Source: Hyphochytrium catenoides
Taxonomy: Eukaryota > Protista > Hyphochytriomycota
DNA: 64,000 nucleotides
Assembly (NCBI GenBank): GCA_900088475.1
Contig: FLMG01002125.1
Span: 40,359 to 104,358 of the forward strand
Direction of reading: 5' to 3'
In this document: positions 21,864 through 33,300 of the stretch, piece after piece
How the letters are laid out: each line of letters starts with the position of its first letter
How positions within the stretch are numbered: the first letter of the stretch is position 1
Made by a program: the position numbers and the translations under genes
Notes under the pieces: generated by a model
Told to the model about the DNA's origin: nothing
What the model saw: only the letters and a program-made list of their open reading frames with translations
Databases searched by the model: none

Positions 21864-24146
21864 ATGCGGAGTGAGGCTGATGAAGACGTTCCTCAGAAGA
21901 AATCCAAGCTCAAGAATGGGTTTGGGGCGAAGATTCTGGCAAAGTTTGGATGGGAAGATGGCAAGGGGTTGGGCAAGAAGAACGACGGGATCGCGGATCC
22001 ATATCTACCGACTCATCGGGTGCATCGTGCTGGGCTCGGGCTTGCTTTCGCTGAATATGAAGTTCAGTCATGGGTAGCCAGAGATTCTATGGTTCAGGTG
22101 GATATTATGCAGAAGTTACCCAGGACCGAACAGGGCACAGGTTTACAGTTGGAAGAGTATGAGAAGCTCGTTGTGATTGGTGCTGCCCCTGGTGAGACGG
22201 TATCGTCTACCGTGTGCTCTACCTCAATTGTGAAGGCCGTAAATCGAGCCAAATCTGCCCTTGATGATCTTTGGAATGGTGATAAGCGGCGATTTAGGCA
22301 GGCCCGTGCCAGATCCAATCCGTACGAGAGGATTTCTTCTGCACACTTTCAGAACAGAGCCGCCCTCAAGCTTTCAGAACTGGACGCATCTTTCACTCCG
22401 GCGCTGACAGATACACCTCTTCTAGAAGAAGAGAATGGAGTTCTCTACTTTGCTGACATTTGTGCAGGCCCCGGAGGGTTCACGGAGTATGTATATTGGC
22501 GCAAGAAGTGGGCATGCAAAGGTTGGGGTTTCACTCTCAAGGGAGACTGTGACTTCCAGCTGAGGAGGTTTTATCCCAAGGTATCAGCTCAGACCTTTGA
22601 ACCACTCTACGGCTATTACGACGATGGTGACATATTCAAAAGTGCCAACATCAAGCACTTCGAACAACAGGTACTTGCGGCAACTAACGATAGAGGCGTA
22701 GCATTAGTCACTGCCGACGGAGGCTTTAATACCGATGGAGACTGGAATCGGCAGGAGTTTCTTACCAGGCGCCTGCTTCTTTGTCAGTATCTCACAGCGC
22801 TCTGTGTTCTCCGTGAGGGTGGTGCCTTCGTCTGCAAGATGTTTGACACCTTTACAGACTTCACTGTAGAGCTCATGTACATCATGACCCATCTGTTCGA
22901 GAACACATACTTGACAAAGCCAGTACAATCCCGACCCGCTAACTCTGAAAGATTCTTCGTGTGTCGAGGGTTTAGAGGTTCAGCGGAGCCTACAATCTCC
23001 TACTTCTTCTGGCTCAACGATCAGTTGGAAAAGCTGGGCTTCATCGACGCAAGCTCCAAGCCAACACAGGATATCTCGCATATCTACACAGAACCAACCA
23101 TAGACTTTCTTCAGGCAGTACGCCAGTTCGTCGAACGAGTATCATCCCGTCAAATTACGGCTTTGGAAGATGTTGTCCGCTATTACAAGGACCCTTCTCT
23201 CTCCCCTCCGGCAGACCAAGAAGCAGTACGGAAGCATGCGATGGACTTGTGGCAGATACCAGACCTAAGCAGGGCTGATATCGGGCGGGACTGTGGTATC
23301 ATTTGTTCTATGCGACACCAATCCATTCACGATCAGCTCTGGACTATCATGCCATCATGGCTCCGGGAGTTTGAGAAGGGGCTTTCAGCGTTTCCCACAT
23401 TGGGAGCAGATGTCAACATACCTGTTCCTGACGACTGCGCGGTGATCCCGCTCGATGAGGGTACTGCCATCGGGTTACTAGTAGGGTTACTAGACACAGT
23501 TGCCTTCGTCAACCGGAACATACTCAACAAGTTCGCAGTGAGAAGCGATCTGAGGTTACCTAATGGCACTATCCTTCTGGCTGAGCATAGAAGAGATGAT
23601 GAGTATTCCATTATCGACGCTCATCTGATCTCATAGGACCCTCTAGTGGAGCTCGATTATACTGCAAGGCGCGACGCAATTGCAACACTCGTGTCAGGAA
23701 GCAATGCATGTCAAACTAGATGCAGAGTGTCTATCGCACGCATCATACAAGCAGCTACAGAGTCATTTTCAGTGTTACGGATACCGATCAAGCCAAGTAC
23801 GATGCAAGATGCTGTGGATAGCTATCGTGTCGTGTCACGATATCTGTCAGGCCCCTTACTATTCACTTTGGGCTACTCCGTAAGCGGCCATACTTTGACA
23901 CTGGAAACAACGGATAGAAATGGCCGGGTCTGTAGAATTGCTCCCAAATACGCAAGAGAGATAACTCAGTCTTTGTTAACGGGTGTCAACATAGACCAGG
24001 CAAGAGACAGGAAGCTGATGGTTCAATGCATCTTTGACTTTAAGCGCCGTTGCCTGACCAATGGGACCATTATAGCTCGAAACAGCTTGATGAAACCCAC
24101 ACAGCTAGAAGAGTTTGAAGATCTACGGAGTAATCAATCTCTATAA
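21864..24146 (+). CDS. CMTR1: Cap-specific mRNA 2'-O-methyltransferase 1 (G-patch + FtsJ/RrmJ MTase + GTase-like domain); intronless, with an in-frame TAG at 23634-23636
   Basis: G-patch GFGAKILAKFGWEDGKGLGKKNDGI...GLG; RSNPYE, FQNRAALKL, FADICAGPGGFTEY, TADGGF, FVCKMFD, SRPANSERFFVC (K-D-K-E tetrad intact). ORFs 21858-23636 and 23646-24146 are in the same frame, separated only by the TAG. Confidence 0.9.
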
Positions 24147-24959
24147 TGAACTATGGCGGATGCCTTCAAATTTGATGACGCAAAGCACAGTTACATTGCG
24201 CTTTCTGCATAAGGTATTACAGCTAAGTATTGAGAGAAGGTCAGCAGACTTCCCCGATTACGGTCGGAGCTGCTGTAGCGCTTGCCAATGACTTCACTTC
24301 CAACTTTTGGGCGGCTGTAACGCTACTCTTCCACGTTTGCGACTTCCCTGCGCAGCTTCTTTTCTTAGTACGTGTGGGGCCATGTGGTGTGGTCGTCAGT
24401 TAGATGCTTCAGCTTTGCTTCACCTATTCCGTAATATGCCGAGTCTAGTATGCAACGTGAAGAGCCAAGTCTGTGTGACACTTTTTGCATGAAAGACCCC
24501 TGCAGTCGGAAGCAAGACGACATTGTATAGGATCACGAAGGAAGTATCCTGCGCAGCCACACTTCAGTCACCACAACTGAACGAAGAAATGGAGGCAATA
24601 ATCTCGACCCACCATACCTTCTTCTTCTGGCATCGCATCATCATCCTAGACGGGTTGAACAACAATGAACTGTCTGATGTATAGTTGGAATGGGAAGAAG
24701 AGGGATATTCTTCAACGGAAGCACAAGTAGTGGATGATAGCGGTGATAATGCTACCGTTTCCTCCGAAGAATAACTTCTGCAGACCCTGATGCAAGCTTA
24801 CATCGAAGAAGAAAGAGGAGATCCTCGAGAGTGATTATATGAAGTAGACGTGCCGCATTCGCGAGGCAGATTCGCGATCGCACGGGTTAAGAGTCGGAGA
24901 TTGAGAATGCGTATACTGAGGTTGATGGTCTCAGTACACTGAGCCTTCTTAGACGATAG

Positions 24960-25580
24960 CCTACCCCAGACGAATCATCAAACACTTAGACTGGAGTCTC
25001 TCCGGTCGCTCCTTATCAAAATAAACCAAGATCAACAATGTCTATCTTAACACCGAGCCATTAGTACATCTTCTGTCCCCACCAGAAAGATACCAGCATT
25101 CTTACGCACGCTTGAGTAGGTTCCTTATTCGCAATCCTCCAGAAGTTGTCACTGCGTGCTGCCGGATCAGGGCTCTACAAGAGAAGACATCTTTGTGGCC
25201 AGAAAGGTCGGAAACGTCAAAAAAAGATGATCAGCACTGCAACGATGAACTTAAGGATATATCAGGAGGGTACTAGGGGTTCCGATGTAATAGTGGGTAG
25301 CTCCGTCCGGATAGCGAAGTACGCCGTCCAGGGGAGAAAAGCACTTGCTTTTAGCAAGTGGTACGGAGGCCGCCTAAGTCAATAGATAATAAGTATTTAT
25401 GTTGGCACCACTACCGCTATGGAGTGGTGGCCCCACCATCTCCATAACTTAGAAATAATCCTCTAGCCCCGAGCAAGAAGGTGTTATATATATCGATCGT
25501 CAGTTGTCGATAGATCCTGCTTTCTACCTAGAAAAGTCAGCTACATCTTCGGGGGGGTGAGGAGGGGGTAGCTAACAGTA
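24960..25580 (+). mobile_element. Possible degenerate Ty3/gypsy (chromovirus-like) 3' end
   Basis: Broken fragments resembling the integrase GPY/F module (KHLDW...PY...KINNVY, ~24980-25045) and a chromodomain (EDIFVARKV, SKWYG), followed by a purine tract GGGGGGGTGAGGAGGGGG at ~25551-25568. Weak. Confidence 0.3.
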
Positions 25581-25649
25581 TCCACTTATCCCTTGTGAGT
25601 GTGGCTAGGCCAGTAGTAGTTGTATACCTACCACCCCTGCTATAGCGTC

Positions 25650-26840
25650 ACCTATGTCCGTCATACCTCCAGGCAAGGCGATATCTATCAGGTAGTGCTT
25701 ACCTCTTTGATACTACTTACTGGTGCGTCCTTGATTCTTCTACAGTACCAGGTACATCTTATGCTCTTTCTATGTCGATTAACTGTATATCACCTTGCCT
25801 GGGACATTAATGCTCTACACTCTTCTTTCGTTTCAACCATAATTAGGATGGAGTCGACCAGTGGGCCTCTGCATCCTATGCTCTTTTATCCCCATCTCCC
25901 CAGGCAAGGTGCTGCATCATCACCCGCAACCGATCCTCACAGACCCTCATTTTCCAGAAATAGGATGACATCGACCAGTAGTCGACCTCCTCTGCATGGC
26001 ACCCAAAACATAGCTAGGTACATCCTATGTACGCTGTGCTTATTATAGTTCTCTCCCCAGACAAGGTGGTGTATCAATCATCACTGTGATGTTGTGAAGG
26101 TCCGCATCCCGAGCAGTTCATTCACCTAGGGTGAATTACTACTATTGACCAGTGGTCCTTCTGCAACTCATGCTCTTCTCAGAACTACTGAGGCAAGGCA
26201 AACAGTACTTCTTTTGCCCCCTCGTCGTTTTCTGCATCGCCCTCCTCTGCAACCTATGCTATCTTTGTCTTCCCAGCAGGCAAGGTGGAAGGAGGTCGTG
26301 ATGCTGGAACTATCGGTTAATCGTTTCACTCCTGCTTTGGTCATCCAGAGGCTGATTCGACCAGAGTCTTCCTCATTTTGCTGTTGTGCTCATATCACAT
26401 TCTATTCGCAGGCAAGACGACAAGGTGAAATCGACCAGTAGTCCTCTGGCATCCTATGCGGTCAGTGGTTCTCTGCATCCTATGCTCTTCTTATGCCCCC
26501 AGGCAAAGTAATATCAAGTAATTGATTCTCTACACTCTTGCAGCTACTCTTGCTTCTGGATTAGGATGACATCAGCCACCCTCCGCACTCTATGCTCTTC
26601 CGTTCCCGGGCAAGGTTAAATCAATCAGCTGATCCTCTACCCTACGACTGGGTCTTTATAAAAATAGTTTGAGCAGGGGTGCTCTGCAACTTATGCTTCT
26701 CTTATTTCGAGGCAATTGAAATTTGACCAGGTGTTTGTCCAAACCCTTGCTTCTTCCGTCCTACTAATAGAAGAGGCTAGCCGTCCTTCTGCATTCTATG
26801 CTCTTCTTATTCCAGGCAGGGTGATGCCGACCATCCGTTC
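25650..26840. repeat. Degenerate ~54-bp tandem array with apparent higher-order (A+B dimer) structure
   Basis: About 11-12 copies of an eye-derived consensus GACCAGTGGTCCTCTGCATCCTATGCTCTTCTTATCCCCAGGCAAGGTGATATC (e.g. 25855, 26146, 26240, 26431, 26461, 26575, 26680, 26785). One inverted half copy at ~25786-25804. Confidence 0.85.
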
Positions 26841-28799
26841 TTGCTCCTCTTTCTAAAGAGTAAAATGGCGTCAACCAGCAGTGGTCCCCTGCTAATTATG
26901 GCATTCAGCTTTTCACACAGTAGTTCTATCTGTGTACTGGAAACCACTGACTTTCAGGACCATACCCACATAGAACTACCCATCAACGGTATGGTACTAG
27001 GCAGTGTACTCGTAGAACCTACAAGCTCGCAGGTGACCGGCATCTGCTGATGTTGGTATTCCGGAGACTGTAACATACCAACAGCTACACGGTATACCGC
27101 CCAACGGCGTCCAGGTAGATCTATCTTTGATCTTTGGACGCTGATCGATACCAACTAAAAAGTTAGTTCCAGTAGTGTCAGTATCGCCCCAACTGGTACT
27201 GCCATCTACTAGTTCTACAGCTAATAATACCGACTTTAGTCCTACTGTAGTGGTATCTTGTGCCTGTACGCTTGTATTGATCAGAATAAACTGTAAACGA
27301 CTAGTTCTACTAGTGTATCAATGTAGCTATCAGCGTACCAATATCACGGTCTCATGGTATTCCTCAGCGGATGTAGAACCTATGCTCCTAGTAGAATCAA
27401 CAACGGATCGATAGAACACCCATACTGTGTATCAACCCTGAGCCCTGAGTGGTGTCGAAGTAGTATGGAACTATCCCTCATCGCCCCATCATAGATGCAT
27501 ACTTCAAACGATAGCCTGATTGCTGCTGTTTGAAGAGCTGAACGCTGTTTGAAGGCTGCTCGCCCACGAGTACCAGTAAACACACATTACCGCATCAGCT
27601 TCAGGTAGTACTCGTAGGTGCCGCACAGTAGCTTTTTTACCCCTTCGATACCGACCTTCCCAAGCGTGGTAGGTAGTTCTATAAGCCCTACATACCCTCT
27701 GTAGTAGTAGAGTTCTACTACCTGTACCGCCTTGTTGAGTTTGATGGGATCGACGGTAGGAACTACGAGTTCAATCGTCATCGGTACAGTAGTAGAAATA
27801 CCACTATGTAATGGACAGGGAAAGAACCACTTAGAAATTTGAAGAAGAATAGTAGTAGTATGGACGAAGATGACAGATGATAGCGCACACCTCTGCCCAC
27901 GACGAGGAGTTATTCCTCTTTTCTCTTTGCCTTTACCGGTACCAGTTCTTCCAATAAAGCGAAGAGGCGAGTTAGAAAGAGAGATGAAGCATGGATCACG
28001 CTGAGAGGACCTCTTTCTCTTACAGGTACAGGTAGTTCTATTATTCTTCTACTACTGTTCAGTTGTTGGCAACTGGCAACCAACAACGATACTTACTCCT
28101 TCTGGTTTTCGCTTCCTTGTCGGCATTTCGGGCCACAGACAGGACCGAATTCCTTCACATTCGCTTTTCAGGCTTCCACGGAAACACCTGGGTCACAGAG
28201 TGATTCACCCCGTTGGTGCTAAAACTAATTATGGCTGAGCGTAGGAAGTCTTGGGAACTACGCATGAACGCAGCATGACTAACAAAAAAAGAAGATTGGA
28301 TATCAATTTAAGAGTGGATAAGCATAAGTAGAGTAAGAATAGCGATACCGGGAGCCGGCAGGCAACGATTCATCCCGGCGACCACTACTGAGGCTAAACA
28401 TGGATCTATCATTACCTTTTACTGCTATCAATTCTCGAAAAGGTTAGACGGAGAAACGATAAGGAGGAGGGGTGCATATTCAAGAGGACAAACTCTATTT
28501 TTCCTATGGCACAGACCACAAAGAAATTCTTTCAAGAGACTGCGTTTGGATGTTGGCACTAAACACCAACTCAAACCACGTCAGCAGGGGCATTCCCCAT
28601 GCCCACATAATGATGGCTTTCCTACTAGAGACGTGGAGTTGAATTAAGATTATAATGGTAGAGGAAGTTAAGAAAAGGCAAGAGATACCTTTGTATCTGT
28701 CGTGGGTGAGTCGCTTACTCCGTGTCGAACCTCGCGTGGACGTCATCCAGTAGCTCCCCCAAAGGCCTCTGAAGCTAAAGTATTCTATAGAAAATTAAC

Positions 28800-29480
28800 C
28801 TTCTTATTGAGCCGGACACAGCCCTTCATACTACCGAAGGCTCCTGGTTGTGTTTGAGCTGTTCGGCAGATTTCTCTGTATAAAGAGCGGCTGGTTGCAG
28901 AGAATCGTGGGCTGTCACCTTAACCGTCGTACACAGACACCTCCGGTGGTCGATGTCGATGGGTATTTCGTCACTTGCCGGCCACCGTAGGAGAGCTCTC
29001 ATAAGCGGTTCTGTCCGCCGTGCCACTAATTGTGGTGGTTAGTCTTATCTGGTGGGCCCGCGACCCTACATCATGGCGTGACCACCGTGAACCTCAAATC
29101 GACCATGACAGCGTATACAGGATCCATCTACGTCCAGCAAGAGGGTGTCGCCAGAAACTCCTGAGAATTATGGAAAGACATTTGGATCAGACGACACTCC
29201 TCCTGTCCGGGCCCGGGGCACATGTTCAGCGTAGATGAAGGCGCAGCATGAGCGATTTACATCAAGCAGATGCTTTATCTTTCCTACACCTAGCCCGACC
29301 AGGGTTGACTAGAACACGTATCTAAAGGGTCCTTCCATGTATTCTTCGACAGTGTGCATACATCATGTGACAGCAGAAGATACAGGGCTCCGCCCGTATG
29401 CTGAGAGCCGCTTTTCAATTAGGATCAGCAAAGTTTGCCGGGCCACTTCTGATATAGGCTTTCAGTCTACAACCTGTCTA
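28800..29480 (-). mobile_element. Possible highly decayed non-LTR (LINE) RT fragment
   Basis: Broken minus-strand pieces resembling the RPISLLSH and YAVFVDL motifs (PVS/LLSH, DPVYAVMVDL). No catalytic YADD seen. Confidence 0.2.
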
Positions 29481-30321
29481 CTTGAGAACGGAAGCCGTGA
29501 GAGCTCCATTTAGGGAGTGAAGCCAATGTGGGCTGGCTTCTGATGAAGGTGTCATCACTATTATGATGTGTGAGCCACCCACGCCGAGGCAGCGGGCCAC
29601 CATACCTGAGTTATATGGATAGAGACGTCTGGACCTTTGAGCGCCAGCACTCTTTTAAGACTGCCAGATTGGTGGTCGGACACTGCGAATGAGGCGCGCA
29701 GGCTCTGGCCTCCGGCGGCAGCAGGGCAGCAGCGCAGCAGGTCCCAACCAAGCACCAGGAAGAAGGCGCTAGTAACCTGAGTTCCAGCTTCCTTCAGTAG
29801 GATCGTGGCCTTTCGTGATAATTGATCAAGCTCTTGATGAGCGTGGAGGAGTAGGACTTGTACTTGTAGCGGGACTTGGCGTACTTATCTCAGTAGTGGT
29901 ATATAACTACGTTCCAGTTTTGATACTTACAGTAGGGACTTATTTAGAGCTTCAACTTACTTGCCGTAAACCTCTCCTTAATTTTGAATTTTCAGGGTGA
30001 AGAAAGCCATGTCGCCCACTCTGTCTCTCATCTCAGAATCTGTTCTCTGTCTCTCAGAATGTCTCTTGATCGCCTCCGTTGCAGGCGGCTCGGCTCGAAG
30101 ATCACATCGGCACATCGGCATTCTGAGCCGCAGGCTGCATGTTCCAGGGACAAAAGCACCCGCACGCCAGTCCTCTGACTAGAGACAACCAAAGGGATTG
30201 AGAGTCTAGCAGAAGGACCAAGTTGCATGGTCAAGGCTTTTACCATGCTTCTCAAAGGCGTTGACCAGAGCTGCATACCTTGAACTCTCTGATGTCTGCA
30301 CAGCCTATATATGGCGGTATA

Positions 30322-33300
30322 ATGGATCCCAGACGGCTAGAGCTGCTGGAGGCCGGGCGCAGGAAGGTAAGAAACCCGGCACTAGACTTCAGACAATACC
30401 GTGTTCTTATTGAACTTTCCTTCGGAAGTCTGCTGCGCAGCTTTGAACTGTCGCTGATGTTGAGTTAAGTCATCGATTGACTTTCTTACCATTCCTCTTG
30501 CAGTTGAACAAATACCGGGAGAAACAGCGGTCGTTGTCCTCTCGTTCTCTAGACATATCAAGTAGTACTGAAACGACAGAGGCCGCACTCAATGCTAATG
30601 CATCCGCTGGCTCTTCACCGCAAGATCTCCAGAACTCCTCCCTTCTAACCTCCTCTTCATTCCTGTCTCTTCCTCCAAGTTCTCCTCTCCTTCAGCCATC
30701 GTCCGTAGAAACTTCACTTTCTTCGCCTGTATTGCCTCCGCCGCCGCCACCACCCTATGATGCGGTTATCCAGGCCATTCCTCAACCCCGACCACCGAAC
30801 CCTCTCACTGAATCGGCGCCGACAGTTCCGCCTCCAGAATACAGCGTTGCAACGAAGCAGAGTTCTCCTGTCGCCACTGAACCTCAGAGACAAACTTTGG
30901 AGCCCGAGGCCGAGGAGCTAGTTGAGAAGGTTCTCCATACTTTGGTAGGTTTACATCATTACCATTACTTCACACTAGCTCGGCCCATCTTAGAGCACTA
31001 TGTCTCATCTCTCCTGGAAACTCTACGTCCTGGGAACTCTACGATAGCAATTCCTCTTCTCTCTTCTGGTGAACAGTGATATATTCTCTGCAGAAGCTCA
31101 GCTTAACCCAGCTGTCTACCCAATTTCATTTTCAGATAAGTCGCGCAGAAGCAGACGAGTTCTTATCTCAGCAAGTGGTGCCATGCATCCTCAACTTGAG
31201 GGCCATCGTAGTTGGACAAAGAGAGCATATCGCACGCTTCAAGGTTGCTTTACCAACATCTCCTCTCCTAACTCATATCCTTAACAGTCTGTCACTCACT
31301 ATTCTTTGCCAACCATGTTCGCCTTTCTCTCTTTGATGCGGCAGCAAAATGAGCTTGACCTGACAGCTGCAGAGCAGGAGCGGAGTGATCGAGTCATTAG
31401 CGAGTTCAGACAGGTAGGCATTTGGAGATTGAGACGAGTACATGACTCTTGAACATCGTAGCAAGCAGAACTCCCATTCTTTAAGAGGCAGAGCTACTAA
31501 AAGCTTAGACAGTAGAGATGGAGTGACTGGTGCCTTCCACATAGCATAGAGGCAACGGGCGCTGCAAAACGCGGAAATGAAGCCTTGCTCATTTGCTCCA
31601 TCCTATAATACAGAGAATGGAGGGAAGGATAGCAGAATTGGAAGCACACGTCACAATTTTCCAAAGCGAGACGACCAAACACAAATCCGATAAGGAAGTG
31701 TTAGAAAAGAAAATCCTCGCGGAAAAAGATGAATGGGAAAGAACGGTCTCCGACGGTGTTCGTTTGCGGGAAGAGTTGGATGAAGAGCTAAATCGTCAGA
31801 GGAAGGCGGTCGCTGAGCTTAAGAGCGAACTCGCAACGAGAGAACAGACTGAACAAATACTGCGCAATGACATTGTGCAGAGGGAGCAAAACCTGCTGGA
31901 AGAAAAAGAGGAAAGGAGAAGGATAGAAGCAGGATTAGTTTGGGAGCAAGAAGAGACGAGGAGATCAAAAGAAGCTCTCTCTTTGATGGAGAGGAACTCA
32001 GCCGAGGTGTTAGCTAAACTAGGAGATGAACTTCAAGCTCTGCAGGAAGAACTAAGGATGAGGACAGAGGAGCTAAGCCAAGAGCGCGACCACAGAGAAA
32101 GAATTCAAGAGGAGTACAATCTGTCTCAGCAGAATGCCTTCCGCACTGCCTCTAATCTGGAGGCTGAGCTGCAAGCAGCTCAGAGACAAAGCAGCCTCCA
32201 CAGGACTGAAAAGGATACATCTCTCCAACGCGTACAAGAGCTTGAGCGCTTGTTAGAGCTTCACACGTCAGTCGCTGCGCAGTTGCAGAGGACTGAGATC
32301 GAATGCGAAAGAGAGAAAAGTAGAGCGGCGGAGGAGGAAAGTAAGGCAGCAGCCCTACAGCGGCAGCTAGATGAGAAGGATACTCTACTTCTAGATCTTT
32401 CGCAGCAGCTTGAGGCGAACCAGGAACTTGTGCGGCGGTTGCATTTTGAGCTTGGTCAGCTTCAAAGTGAAAAAGTGCAGGACCAGCAGGAGAGAGCGAC
32501 ACTAAACGATGAGTTAGTGAACATGCGAAGGCAGCTTGAAGGAGAAAAACAAGCGACTGAGAAGTCAGCGCTTCGTCACTCGCGGGTAATTCGCCGGGGC
32601 CACGAGATCCTTAGACGAATGGCTGGAACGATGGACGCTGTGAAGCTAGACGAAGACGCGCAGAAGATAGACGAAGTTACGGAGCTAGCCTTGAAAGCAG
32701 TTGAGAAATTGTTAGAGGAAAGGCAAGAAGCTGACTCAGAGAAAGCGCGGCTTACGGTAGCTCTAAGTGCGGAAGCGAAGAGGCACGAGGAGGAGAGAGA
32801 AGCCCTACTGCACGATTTCCAGCAGCAATACCACCGGTGGCGAGAGGGCCAAGAAGCTGTTCAAATCTCGGACTCATCACTGCCGGCAATGATGCTAGGA
32901 GAACGTAGAGAAGCTGGACAACGGACAGGAGAAGAAGGAAGGGAGGAAGACTTGAGGCTGGATGGTGGAGCAGGCACAACCTCACATGTTAAGGTAGGCA
33001 GCCAAAGCAGTACTGCCTCCTAGTTCTTGTGGGTTTCCTAGATTGCAAGGGGGGACCGGGCACTTCACTCTTTCTATTGACCTGTACAAGTCTCTGCCTG
33101 CACTCACTTGCTTCAGGGTACTTAACTGTACCTTCGACTATTTCTTCCACATACAGACGTCAAAAGAGGACACAAGCGACAACAATGAAGCGGAAGTCCA
33201 GGCGGCGCATGAGCAGGTAACAGAGGTCTAATGATGGCTTTATTCGGTTAGCCTCCTCATAGTGGTACTAGATATCCGTGCCCTCGGCTCAGCTGAAGGA

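Noticed and set aside
23634-23636. Genome-wide reassignment of TAG to a sense codon
   Set aside because: TAG terminates MEPCE, HOP2, SDR and esterase 1 at expected C-termini, and long ORFs (e.g. 1170 aa) contain no internal TAG.
23603-23636. Small intron (GTATTC...CATAG) removing the CMTR1 stop
   Set aside because: 34 nt would shift the frame, the donor is weak, and it would delete the conserved IIDAHLI segment.
25650-26840. CRISPR array
   Set aside because: Repeats are highly degenerate, intervening segments are mutually homologous and irregular in length, there are no cas genes, and the context is eukaryotic.
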